From Candidatus Microgenomatus auricola (lineage in GTDB: Bacteria; Patescibacteriota; Patescibacteriia; SBBC01): a DNA stretch of 57,777 nucleotides. Of this stretch, positions 47,620 through 56,812 are shown piece after piece (the first letter of the stretch is position 1; each line of letters starts with the position of its first letter). The DNA lies in NCBI GenBank assembly GCA_005239865.1, contig SBBC01000033.1, positions 1 through 57,777 on the forward strand, read 5' to 3'. The notes beneath the pieces were generated by a model. It searched no databases and was not told where the DNA came from. It saw only the letters and a list, made by a program, of their open reading frames with translations. The translations under genes and the position numbers were made by a program.

Positions 47620-48947
47620 TTGTAGTTTTGTTTTTCCACAACCGCAGGACTACATGAGGGATTTTCCCTCTTGAGATCTTTGATAGCGCGAGACAAGCGA
47701 GAAAGCGGTTTTTCCCCCATCCTTCAAGGACGGATGGTCGAAAGGAGCAGAGTACATGACGTGCTCGCTGAAGTTTCCTTCATGAGGATGTTGCCTGAGA
47801 AACCCCGCCATGGAATTCTCGAGTTCCATCCGCAATGACCGGGATACGGTCGCGAGTCCCTTTTGGGCACGGGGAATATCGAGCGTTCGCATGAACAGGT
47901 TTTTTGGGCGATCACTCCACAGCGCATGGAGCAGGCACAGCTGTCCAGGTGCTAGCGGCCCTCCCTCCAACCTGTGAGCCGCGGCGACGTTTCAAAACGC
48001 CGCCGCCGAACTTTCCGTAGCAACAGTTCAAGGAAAGGAACTGATGCATGAACACGGAAAGGGCGCCCCCCAGCTAGGGCGGGCAGTACGTTCCGACAGC
48101 CGTGGGTTCAGTTGGTTTGTTGGTGGCGCAAAGGCCTGACCGTTGTGAACCGACGGTTGTCGCGGTTGACCCAAGGCCAGCGGTGTCGCTGGAAGTCAAA
48201 TGGACTTGGGAAGAACTTACGGAGTTCCGGCACACCGCGGCCTTGGAAGGTTTCACCCAAGCGAGCTTGGTGTCAGGTTGTTTCCTGAAGACCGTGGACG
48301 CTCCACACCATGCACTCTCGGACCGAGAAACGGTCGTTCATAAAAAGCATGTGGTCGCTGGAGGATACGTCAAGCGGTTCTTCGGGACGTTCCCCCGCGA
48401 ACGGCTGACCAGAGTCCGTGAACTTTGGACAACCGTTCGCTCGACGGACCAGCGCAATCCAAGGAGGAGGATTGCAAGCCATGTGTATTCGTGGTCCGTA
48501 AGAAGTTTGGACTGGGAGCCAGGTGCGCCGGGCGAAACCAAGTCCCGGAAGTTCCCGGCGCACCACTCCCGGCACTTCCGCACACCTTGTGCACGTACGC
48601 GGCGGCATGGCGTTCCAATGCCTGGTCAACAAACCCGGAGTCCACGTAGGACACCATGTCGCCGTCTTTTTCACCAGGAAAGGTGAACTGCCACATGCCG
48701 ATGCCGAAGCATCTCTTTCGGACGTACCGGTTCATCCAGAGGCAGAGTGGGTACAAGATCTCCAAGCGCAGTCAGCGCCGCGGCTGGCACCGGGCCAGGG
48801 ATTGCCCGTAAATCGCTTTCAATGCTTGAGAGGCGAGCGTCACCAACACGGTGAAGTGCCCTTTCGCCAAGGTCAGGGCATCAAGATCCGGGGCGCTCGC
48901 CCCGCTGTTCTCCTGAAGGGTTTCCGATTTTCGGCCCCTTCTTTTTT
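47620..48947 (+). ncRNA. Candidate ~1.3 kb highly structured non-coding RNA of unknown family
   Basis: Bounded by a promoter and an intrinsic terminator; near-continuous helices with G-U pairs on the + strand; no ORF with recognisable protein features. Confidence 0.65.
48915..48947 (+). terminator. Intrinsic terminator
   Basis: GAAGGG..CCGA-TTT-TCGG.CCCTTC followed by T6. Confidence 0.7.
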
Positions 48948-48948
48948 A

Positions 48949-48977
48949 TTGCCTCTGGATAGTTCACGGCGTACAAT
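48949..48977 (+). promoter_or_regulatory. Sigma70 promoter for the rnhB operon
   Basis: TTGCCT-N17-TACAAT. Confidence 0.6.
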
Positions 48978-48989
48978 AGAGGTGATTGT

Positions 48990-49628
48990 ATGGTTGTGCC
49001 TCACACGAAAGAAGAGCAGGCCCTGCGTCAGGCCGGTCACCGACACGTCGCCGGAGCGGACGAAGTGGGCAAAGGCGCATGGGCCGGCCCGCTCGTGGCC
49101 GCGGCAGTCATCCTACCGACCGAGTTCGCGGTCGCCGGCGTGCGCGATTCAAAGCAGTTGAGCCCGCGTCAACGTCAAGCGCTGTTCGTGCGGATTACCA
49201 AGCGCGCAGTCAGTTGGGCGGTCCACGTCGTACCGAATTCCGTCATCGATCGCCGTGGCATCAAGCACGCCAACGTTCAAGCGTTGCAGCAAGCCCTGCG
49301 AAAATTGCACATCCAGCCCGACGCCGCGTTGGTTGACGCGATCCGCGTGAAGCACGGGAAGAAACCGGTCAAGGCGATCATCAAGGGCGACGAAAAGGTT
49401 TTGAGCATTGCGGCCGCATCGATTGTTGCGAAGGTCGTCCGCGATACACTGATGTCCGGTTTCGAACGTCAGTATCCCGGCTACGGCTTTGCGCGACACA
49501 AGGGGTATGGGACGGCAGAGCATGAACTACGTTTGAAAGATCTCGGCCCATCCGACATTCACCGGAAAAGCTTTGCGCCGGTCAAGAGGGTCGGGAAGAA
49601 ACAGACCTCACGGAAAGTAAAACCATGA
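48990..49628 (+). CDS. rnhB: Ribonuclease HII
   Basis: GADEVGKGAWAGP, RDSK.L, IIKGD, SIAAASIVAKV.RD, HKGYGT, HRKSF. Confidence 0.95.
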   Translation: MVVPHTKEEQALRQAGHRHVAGADEVGKGAWAGPLVAAAVILPTEFAVAGVRDSKQLSPRQRQALFVRITKRAVSWAVHVVPNSVIDRRGIKHANVQALQQALRKLHIQPDAALVDAIRVKHGKKPVKAIIKGDEKVLSIAAASIVAKVVRDTLMSGFERQYPGYGFARHKGYGTAEHELRLKDLGPSDIHRKSFAPVKRVGKKQTSRKVKP

Positions 49629-50188
49629 CCGAACTCGTCGCCACCGGTCGAACATTTCTTGATCCGGCAAAACTCCTGGAACGCGCCGGGATTGCGCCGG
49701 GCATGCGAGTCGGCGACTTTGGGGTCGGCGGGGCGGCGTACTTCGCCGTGCAGGCGGGAAAGATGATCGGCGAACACGGCCTCGTGTACGGGATCGATGT
49801 GTTCAAGCCGGCCCTGTCGGGAGCGATGAGCAAAGCGAAGCTCGCCGGTTGCAGGAACTTCAGGCCGGTTTGGTCGAACCTTGAAATGTTCGGCGCCGCC
49901 CGCTCGGTTCCGAACGACTCGGTTGATCTTGGCATTCTTGTCAACGTGCTCCATCAGTCAAAAAAGCAAAAGGACGTTTTGAAAGAGTGTGCTCGGATGC
50001 TCAAACCCGGCAGTCGCCTACTGATCGTCGACTGGATGAAGGGCGGCGAGCGCTTCGGGCCAAAACGCGAACAAATCGTGCCGGCTAATCGGGTGGTCGA
50101 CCTGTGTACCCAGGCAGGACTGGCCTTGTTCGACCAGTTCGAGGCCGGTCCGTATCACTACGGGATCGTGGTGGTCAAGGCGGGGTAG
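49625..50188 (+). CDS. Class I SAM methyltransferase-like protein
   Basis: GMRVGDFGVG, NVLHQ, LKPG.RLLIVDW, HYG. Confidence 0.8.
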   Translation: MTELVATGRTFLDPAKLLERAGIAPGMRVGDFGVGGAAYFAVQAGKMIGEHGLVYGIDVFKPALSGAMSKAKLAGCRNFRPVWSNLEMFGAARSVPNDSVDLGILVNVLHQSKKQKDVLKECARMLKPGSRLLIVDWMKGGERFGPKREQIVPANRVVDLCTQAGLALFDQFEAGPYHYGIVVVKAG

Positions 50189-50190
50189 GC

Positions 50191-50544
50191 ATGCCGACCG
50201 GCGCAACGCGACTCGGGTGGCGCGGCGAGGAGATCGCGCGTTCTTCCCTCGAGCGGCAGGGCTGGGTGCTCGTACAGAAGCATTTCCGAACGCGCGAGGG
50301 AGAAATCGATTTGGTCATGAAAGACGGCCGGACGTTGGTGTTCGTGGAAGTCAAAACCCGACGCAGCCCGAAGTTCGGTCTACCTGAAGAGTCGATTACT
50401 CCGAAAAAACTGGAGCGAATGTTCGCCGCTGGAGAACGGTATCTGCAACGGCATCCGCATCATGGACCGATTCGATTTGATCTGATGGTCCTTGACTCAA
50501 GCGCGGGGGAGCAAAAAGTTCGACATCACCGGAACATCTCCTGA
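50191..50544 (+). CDS. yraN: YraN-family endonuclease
   Basis: G..GE..A, GEIDLV, LVFVEVKTR, RFD. Confidence 0.92.
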   Translation: MPTGATRLGWRGEEIARSSLERQGWVLVQKHFRTREGEIDLVMKDGRTLVFVEVKTRRSPKFGLPEESITPKKLERMFAAGERYLQRHPHHGPIRFDLMVLDSSAGEQKVRHHRNIS

Positions 50545-50555
50545 ATGATCGGCTA

Positions 50556-50615
50556 TTGACAGAAAACAGCGACTTGCTATGATACCAGTAGACGAGCATC
50601 AAGCTCGTTGTTTTT
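50556..50615 (+). promoter_or_regulatory. nusA promoter and leader terminator-like hairpin
   Basis: TTGACA-N16-(TG.)TATGAT, then GACGAGC-ATCAA-GCTCGTT-GTTTTT before the start codon. Confidence 0.7.
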
Positions 50616-50625
50616 GAGTACCCCG

Positions 50626-52074
50626 ATGGCACAATCACCCCTGAAAGCTGCAATTCAGCAGATCACGGAAGAAAAGAACATTTCGTACGAATCCGTCATT
50701 GAAACGATCGAAGCGGCCTTGGCGGTCGCCTATCGCAAAGATTTCGGCGAGAAGAACGAAAATGTCAAGGTCGAGTTTAATCCGGAGGACGGGACCTCGC
50801 GGGTGTTTGACGTGAAAACGGTGGCGGCGGACGAGTTGTATGAGAAGTATCTGCAAGAGCAGGCCGAGCGGGAGGCGCGAGCGACGGCGGAAAATGAAGC
50901 CGAGAAAGCGGGCCTCAAGACCGAATCGATCACCAGCGAGCCAAAGGAGATGGCCAAGGGAAAATCGGACGAAGGCAGTGCGGACGAAGTAAAGGAAGAG
51001 CGCTTCGATCCAAAGACAATGATCGCCTTAAAGGTGATTCGTGAGAAAAACCCCGATGCTCAACTCGGAGAGGTCATCCGAACGGAACTCTTCCCGCCGG
51101 CGGCGTACGGCCGGATGGCGGCGCAGACGGCGAAGCAGGTCATCATCCAGCGCCTGCGCGAAGCCGAACGCGACACGATGTACAAGGAGTACAAGTCGCG
51201 GGAAGGCAAGATTATCACCGGGACCGTGCAGCGGGTTGAGGGTCGGCTGGTGTTCGTCGATTTGGGACGTGCCACCGCGATCATGCCGCCGCCCGAACAG
51301 ATCGGCAATGAGCGGTATCAACCAGGCGAGCGCCAAAAGGTGTTTCTCGTCTCGGTCAATACGACGCCGAAAGGACCGGAAATCGTTGTTTCTCGCTCGC
51401 ATCCGGAAATGGTGCGCAAACTTTTTGCAATCGAAGTGCCGGAGATCAGCGCTGGCTCCGTCGAGATTCGGGCGATTGCGCGGGAAGCCGGCTCGCGCAC
51501 GAAGATCGCCGTCTTTTCCAATCAGAAGAATATCGACCCGGTCGGTTCGTGCGTCGGGCAGCGCGGCACGCGCGTCCAAACCGTGATTAACGAACTGGGT
51601 GGCGAAAAGATTGACATCATCGAGTGGTCGGACGACCCGATCAAGTTCATTTCGAACGCCCTCTCGCCGGCGAAGATTCTGTCGATTAAAACGAATCCGG
51701 ACGAGCGGTCGGCAATTGCCGAAGTGCGAGAGGACCAGATGTCGTTGGCGATCGGACGGAATGGTCAGAATGTCCGGCTAGCAGCAAAACTGACTGGCTG
51801 GAAGATCGACATCGTTGGTGAAGGTCAGGATCTTGAAGCGCGGATGAAAGAACGCGAGGCAATGGCCGCGGCAAAGTCCGGCGAAGCCTCGCCTGCTGAA
51901 GCGCCAAAAGCCGCCGCCCCGGTGGAAGCTGAAAAAACAGGCGAGCCGGAAACCCCTGCGGCCGAGGAGGCAGTCACTGAAACTCCGAAGGCAGAAACGA
52001 CGGTCGTGGAAATTCCGACCGAAAGGCCAGCTTCGGAAGAGGTCAAGGACCCCGGAAAAGGGAATGACGAATAA
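50626..52074 (+). CDS. nusA: Transcription termination/antitermination factor NusA
   Basis: GRMAAQTAKQVI.Q, S1 domain, AREAGSRTKIAV, DPVGSCVG.RG, LAIGRNGQNVRLA. Confidence 0.97.
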   Translation: MAQSPLKAAIQQITEEKNISYESVIETIEAALAVAYRKDFGEKNENVKVEFNPEDGTSRVFDVKTVAADELYEKYLQEQAEREARATAENEAEKAGLKTESITSEPKEMAKGKSDEGSADEVKEERFDPKTMIALKVIREKNPDAQLGEVIRTELFPPAAYGRMAAQTAKQVIIQRLREAERDTMYKEYKSREGKIITGTVQRVEGRLVFVDLGRATAIMPPPEQIGNERYQPGERQKVFLVSVNTTPKGPEIVVSRSHPEMVRKLFAIEVPEISAGSVEIRAIAREAGSRTKIAVFSNQKNIDPVGSCVGQRGTRVQTVINELGGEKIDIIEWSDDPIKFISNALSPAKILSIKTNPDERSAIAEVREDQMSLAIGRNGQNVRLAAKLTGWKIDIVGEGQDLEARMKEREAMAAAKSGEASPAEAPKAAAPVEAEKTGEPETPAAEEAVTETPKAETTVVEIPTERPASEEVKDPGKGNDE

Positions 52075-52102
52075 AGAATAAGGGATAAAGGAATCATCAC
52101 GT

Positions 52103-54172
52103 ATGAACCTTGAAGTTCTTGCCTTGAGCATCAGCATCATCGGGATTATCTTTGCCTGGTGGCTGACCACCTACGTCCGGAAACAAGGTGAAGGGACCGA
52201 GGCGATGACGAAGGTCGCGCAGGCGATCCGCGCCGGCGCCAAGGCGTTCCTCCGCCGCCAATACAAAACCATCGCCGCGTTGACGATTCTTCTGGCAATC
52301 CTTATTTTTGCCGTTTACGCCATCATCGGCAAGATGAACGTGGCCATCGAAACCAGCAGCGCCTTCTTGTTCGGCGCCTTGTGCTCCGGGATGGCCGGGT
52401 TTACCGGCATGTACGTCTCGGTCCGGGCGAACAGCAAGGTCGCGGCCGCGGCCAACCGCCAGGATTTAAACGCGGCCCTCCGGACGGCGCTGCGGGGCGG
52501 CGCGGTCTCCGGAATTTTGGTGGCCGCCCTGTCCCTGTTGGGCGTAACCGTGCTCTATCTTTTGTATCGCAATGTTTTCCATTTTGATGATCGACAAATT
52601 CCCGAAGCCATTATCGGCTTCGGTTTCGGCGCTTCTTTCGTGGCGCTGTTTGCCCAACTCGGCGGCGGAATTTACACCAAAGCGGCGGACGTCGGCGCGG
52701 ATTTGGTCGGCAAGGTTGAAGCCGGAATTCCCGAGGACGACCCGCGTAACCCGGCGGTCATCGCCGACCTGGTGGGCGACAATGTTGGTGATTGCGCCGG
52801 CCGTGGCGCCGACCTATTCGAGTCGACCGCCGCCGAAAGCATCGGCGCGATGATTCTCGGCGTGGCGCTCTATCCGGCCTTCGGAGTGAAGGGCATTCTC
52901 GTGCCGCTGATCATCAACGCCTTCGGTTTGATTGCCTCGGCGGTCGGCGTCATGAGCGTCAAGGTTAAGCACGATGAGGATCCGATGAAAGCGCTGAACC
53001 GTGGTTACTACGTGACGCTCCTCTTGGCGGTCCTGGTGATGTTCTTTGTGACCAAGGGAATGCTCGGGCCTGCATACCTGTGGTTCTTCAGCGCTGGCCT
53101 GGTCGGTTTAGCCATGAACACGGTTTTCGTGTGGCTGACGCAATACTACACCGATCACAAGTACCGTCCGGTCAAGGAAATCGCTCGCGCCTCGGAGACC
53201 GGTCCGGGCACAAACATCATTTCGGGGCTGGCCGTCGGCTTTGAAAACACCGCTTTTCCGATCATGGCGATTGCCGCCGCCCTGCTCGGTGCCTATAGTT
53301 TGGGTCAGGCCAGCGGACTTGAGCATGGCGGGCTCTACGCGACCGCGATTGCGACCATGGGCATGCTGTCAACCGCTGGATATATCTTGGCGATGGACAC
53401 CTTCGGTCCGATCACGGACAACGCTGGGGGGATCGTGGAAATGGCCGGCGGCGAAGATGCCACGCGGAAAATTACTGATCGTCTTGACGCGGTGGGGAAC
53501 ACGACGAAAGCGCTGACCAAGGGTTACGCCGTTGGTTCGGCCGCCCTGGCCGCCTTCCTGCTGTTCTCGGCGTACCTTGAAGTGGCGGACATCACCGCGG
53601 TCGACTTGTCGAAAGTACCGGTCTTCATCGGCGCCATGCTCGGCGCGATGCTCGTGTTTTTGTTCTCGAGTTTGGCGATTCGGGCGGTTGGGAAGACGGC
53701 CCAGTACATCATTGAGGAAGTCCGGCGCCAGTTCCGTGAGCATCCGGGAATCATGCAGAGCACGGAGCAACCGGACTACGGCCAAGCCGTTGATATCACC
53801 ACACGCGGCGCTTTGCGGAACATGGTCTTTCCCGGCGTGATCGCCGTAGTCGTGCCAGTCATCGTGGGGTTGGTTCTTCGGGCCGAGGCCGCGGCCGGGT
53901 TTCTGATGGTCGCCACCATTGCCGGCGTGATCATGGCGCTGGTCATGAACAACGCCGGCGGCGCCTGGGACAACGCGAAGAAATACATCGAGTCAGGCGA
54001 GTTCAGAGATTCGAAAGGTGAGGTGCAAGGCAAAAAAACACCGGTCCACGCCGCAGCCGTGGTTGGCGATACGGTCGGCGATCCGTTCAAGGATACGGCT
54101 GGCCCATCGCTGCATGTCTTGATCAAGCTGTTGTCGACCTTAACGTTGGTGCTGGCGCCGTTGTTTGTGTAG
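52103..54172 (+). CDS. hppA: Membrane-bound pyrophosphatase, K+-independent H+-PPase signature
   Basis: GGGIYTKAADVGADLVGKVE, DNVGD, GNTTKALTKG (Lys/Thr signature), GDTVGDPFKDT. Confidence 0.95.
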   Translation: MNLEVLALSISIIGIIFAWWLTTYVRKQGEGTEAMTKVAQAIRAGAKAFLRRQYKTIAALTILLAILIFAVYAIIGKMNVAIETSSAFLFGALCSGMAGFTGMYVSVRANSKVAAAANRQDLNAALRTALRGGAVSGILVAALSLLGVTVLYLLYRNVFHFDDRQIPEAIIGFGFGASFVALFAQLGGGIYTKAADVGADLVGKVEAGIPEDDPRNPAVIADLVGDNVGDCAGRGADLFESTAAESIGAMILGVALYPAFGVKGILVPLIINAFGLIASAVGVMSVKVKHDEDPMKALNRGYYVTLLLAVLVMFFVTKGMLGPAYLWFFSAGLVGLAMNTVFVWLTQYYTDHKYRPVKEIARASETGPGTNIISGLAVGFENTAFPIMAIAAALLGAYSLGQASGLEHGGLYATAIATMGMLSTAGYILAMDTFGPITDNAGGIVEMAGGEDATRKITDRLDAVGNTTKALTKGYAVGSAALAAFLLFSAYLEVADITAVDLSKVPVFIGAMLGAMLVFLFSSLAIRAVGKTAQYIIEEVRRQFREHPGIMQSTEQPDYGQAVDITTRGALRNMVFPGVIAVVVPVIVGLVLRAEAAAGFLMVATIAGVIMALVMNNAGGAWDNAKKYIESGEFRDSKGEVQGKKTPVHAAAVVGDTVGDPFKDTAGPSLHVLIKLLSTLTLVLAPLFV

Positions 54173-54173
54173 T

Positions 54174-54234
54174 TCCCACCCCCTCGGCTACGCCGTACCC
54201 CCTCCCTAATTAGGGAGGGGGCTTGGGGGTGGGA
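54174..54234. repeat. Nested palindrome at the 3' end of the DUF559 gene
   Basis: TCCCACCCCC/GGGGGTGGGA enclosing the perfect 24-bp palindrome CCCCCTCCCTAATTAGGGAGGGGG (54198-54221). Confidence 0.85.
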
Positions 54235-54590
54235 GTAAGCAGGATGCGCTCCAACTTCCGAAGGACGCCCCGGATGTTCCTCATCACTTCGTTATTCCGA
54301 AACCGAACGACGCGAATGTAGCAGGAGCGGAGAAACCGTGTGCGTTCGTGGTCGTAGTCTTTTTGCTCAGGTGCATCATGATTGTCCCCATCAATCTCAA
54401 TCGCCAATCGTTTCGCCGGACAGTAGAAATCAACAATATACCGTCCGATTCCTTCTTGCCGTCTGAACTTGAAGCCATGAAACTGCCGCTGACGCAAATA
54501 CCGCCACAACAACCTTTCGGCATTGGTGGCATGATTTCGTAACGACTTGCGTAGCGACGTGTATTGGTTGAGGTGATATAAACGCGGCAT
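54210..54590 (-). CDS. DUF559 (Vsr-like PD-(D/E)xK) endonuclease
   Basis: LR..AT.AE..LW..LR, KFRRQ..IG.YIVDFYC, IEIDG..H, D..RT..L, RF.N; AAAGGA RBS. Confidence 0.92.
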   Translation of the reverse strand: MPRLYHLNQYTSLRKSLRNHATNAERLLWRYLRQRQFHGFKFRRQEGIGRYIVDFYCPAKRLAIEIDGDNHDAPEQKDYDHERTRFLRSCYIRVVRFRNNEVMRNIRGVLRKLERILLTPTPKPPP

Positions 54591-54652
54591 ACGGTCCTTT
54601 GCCGCGCCACCATAGACACAATATCGGATTGTTTAATTTCGTCAATACTCGG

Positions 54653-54712
54653 TATGCGTTGCTTAAACTGCTATCCATCCTGACTATGGTCCTGGCGCCG
54701 TTGTTTGTGTAA
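54653..54712 (+). repeat. Diverged duplicate of the last 20 codons of hppA
   Basis: YALLKLLSILTMVLAPLFV* versus HVLIKLLSTLTLVLAPLFV* (54113-54172); exact 540-bp offset; 20-nt identity CTGGCGCCGTTGTTTGTGTA. Confidence 0.9.
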
Positions 54713-54847
54713 CGTCAAATCGAACGTCGTTTCCCGGCGCGGGCTTTTAGCCCACGCTGTAGTTTGGTTGGTTAAATATCAAATTTTTCCCATGTACAAA
54801 CCTCTCTTCAACCTATAAGCTAAAAGCTAACAGCTATCAGCTAACTC

Positions 54848-55486
54848 ATGGCTTACCCGATCGCCCGCCACAGCTTGCTCCCCTTCGTTCGCGTGTTCGC
54901 GAAAAACATCGAGGGGATGGAGCGGATTCCGAACGGTCCGGTGGTAGTCGCGGCCAATCACCTCGGCTTGTTCGATCCGTTGTTCATCGGCGCAATCTAT
55001 GTCCAACAGACGAAACAGAAATTGCGTTTCCTCGTGGGTACCGCAAACATGTTCTGGCGCGCACTCGGGTATTTCCTCCAGCACTGGACGAACACTATTC
55101 CGGTTCGCCGCCATCGCGAAGCCGAAGCGGTTGAGCAAGCGGTCATGGCTTTGCGGAGGGGCGAAAGCGTGGCGGTTTTTCCCGAGGGCAAGGTGAACCG
55201 CTTGCCCGCGTTGCTGACCGGAAAGACCGGCGCGGTTCGGATGAGTTTATTGGCACCGGCGCCGATCCTACCGGTCGGCATTGAAAACACGAACGTGCGA
55301 TTGCTGACTATTCTGGGCCGGAGATTTCTCAACCGGCAAGAAGGGATTTCCATCCGTTTCGGCGAACCGTATCAACCGCAGGGCGACGTCAATGAACCGC
55401 ATGCGGTCAGGAAGCTGACTGACGATCTCATGGAGGAGATTGCCCGCTTGAGCGGTAAAGTTTTCCCGAACAGCCATGCCGCATGA
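54848..55486 (+). CDS. Lysophospholipid acyltransferase (PlsC family)
   Basis: NHLGLFD (HxxxxD), FPEG, KTGAVR. Confidence 0.9.
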   Translation: MAYPIARHSLLPFVRVFAKNIEGMERIPNGPVVVAANHLGLFDPLFIGAIYVQQTKQKLRFLVGTANMFWRALGYFLQHWTNTIPVRRHREAEAVEQAVMALRRGESVAVFPEGKVNRLPALLTGKTGAVRMSLLAPAPILPVGIENTNVRLLTILGRRFLNRQEGISIRFGEPYQPQGDVNEPHAVRKLTDDLMEEIARLSGKVFPNSHAA

Positions 55487-56138
55487 TTTCCTGCGCCGGA
55501 CCATTCTGCCGCGGCTCGCCCGTCGCGTGCAGGTTGAGGGCTGGGAGCATGTACCGCCAGCCGGACCGTATATCATCGTCGCCAATCATCAGAGCTACCT
55601 CGACGCCGTCCAGCTTGCCTTTCCTTTGCTCGTCGAGCGCAATCAAGACGTCTGGTTTTTGACGACCGAGCGCGTCTGGCGGACGTTTGCCAAGTTTGGC
55701 GGACGACGGTTTCTCCGCTGGCTCGGGATGATCCCCATCCTTAACTCACAAAAAGCCGAGAGTTTGGAGCGGGCCAGCGAAGTCTTGCAGCACCGCGGCG
55801 TCATCGCCGTCTTCCCCGAGGGAAAACGGAACCAGCCGAGAGTTAATCCCGATTGGGAAAAGGTCTTGCTGAAGGGAAAGACCGGGGCGGCGCGGCTGGC
55901 GCTCAAAACCGGCATTCCGGTCGTGCCAGCTGGCATCATTGCGCCACAGGGGTTCACGGCCGGACAGGCGATGAAGAATTACCTGCAGCGGAAGCAACCG
56001 GCCATTGTTCGCTTCGGACAACCTCTGCAATTTTCAAAAACGGACATGCCCGCGGTCACGAAAGACCGGCTCGATCAGGCGACGAAAACAATGATGCTCG
56101 CGATCGCCAAGTTGTGCGGTAAGAGTTATCCTTTTTGA
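55476..56138 (+). CDS. Lysophospholipid acyltransferase (PlsC family)
   Basis: NHQSYLD, FPEG, KTGAARLA. Confidence 0.9.
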   Translation: MPHDFLRRTILPRLARRVQVEGWEHVPPAGPYIIVANHQSYLDAVQLAFPLLVERNQDVWFLTTERVWRTFAKFGGRRFLRWLGMIPILNSQKAESLERASEVLQHRGVIAVFPEGKRNQPRVNPDWEKVLLKGKTGAARLALKTGIPVVPAGIIAPQGFTAGQAMKNYLQRKQPAIVRFGQPLQFSKTDMPAVTKDRLDQATKTMMLAIAKLCGKSYPF

Positions 56139-56141
56139 TTC

Positions 56142-56753
56142 ATGGCCTACGTCTCCGCCCGCACAATTCTTTTTCCGCTCTTCCGTAGCCGTCTGGCCGA
56201 GGCCCTCGGCACCGAGCACCTGCCCCAGCAGGGGCCGTACCTCCTGGCAGCCAACCACATTGACTTCCTCGACGGTTTTTTCATTGCCACCGTTGTTCAT
56301 GACACGCGCAGTCACAACGTCTACTTCCTGACAAAGACCCGGAACTACTGGTGGACGAAGGCGACGATTCCGATTGACGCGCAGCACCGGTCCGTGAGCC
56401 TGGACGAGGCATTGGTGTGCCTGCGGCAAGGCAAGGTGATCTGTAATTTCATCGAGGGACAGCGGAATCCGGCTAAGACCTTAGGGTCGGCGAAAACGGG
56501 GACGGCGCGCCTGGCGCTGCATGCCAACGTGCCGGTCATTCCCGTCGGCATCACCGGTCCTTCGAGCAGGAATTTCGCTCAAGCATTGACGACGCTGATG
56601 ACGTCAAAAGGATACGTTTCGCTCCGGTTCGGCCGGGAGCTCGATCTGTCCAGCTTCCGCGGACAGCCGCTGAATGCGGCCGTTCTTGACCATGCGACGC
56701 ACGCCATCATGCGCGCGCTCGCGCCTTTGACTGGCAAGGCCTATGCTGGCTAA
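56142..56753 (+). CDS. Lysophospholipid acyltransferase (PlsC family)
   Basis: NHIDFLD, FIEG, KTGTARLA. Confidence 0.9.
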   Translation: MAYVSARTILFPLFRSRLAEALGTEHLPQQGPYLLAANHIDFLDGFFIATVVHDTRSHNVYFLTKTRNYWWTKATIPIDAQHRSVSLDEALVCLRQGKVICNFIEGQRNPAKTLGSAKTGTARLALHANVPVIPVGITGPSSRNFAQALTTLMTSKGYVSLRFGRELDLSSFRGQPLNAAVLDHATHAIMRALAPLTGKAYAG

Positions 56754-56812
56754 CCACGCTTTCAGGAAAGTGCGATGATTGTTTTCCATGGCGGTTTTGT
56801 TACACTTATGAT

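Noticed and set aside
47602-47660. GATATAGTCC resembling the group I intron S element, with GACTAC nearby
   Set aside because: The order is reversed relative to R then S, and the motif is better explained as the -10 box of a well-spaced promoter.
47620-48947. Group II intron, RNase P RNA, tmRNA or rRNA fragment
   Set aside because: No domain V consensus, no GAGGAAAGUCC P4 motif, no tRNA-like ends and no rRNA conserved blocks were seen by eye. An Rfam search is still required.
47650-49161. ORFs 47650-47970, 48102-48686, 48273-48674, 48370-48765 and 48523-49161
   Set aside because: They overlap each other on both strands, have Arg/Pro/Ser-rich noise-like composition and show no domain motifs. 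A small peptide cannot be excluded.
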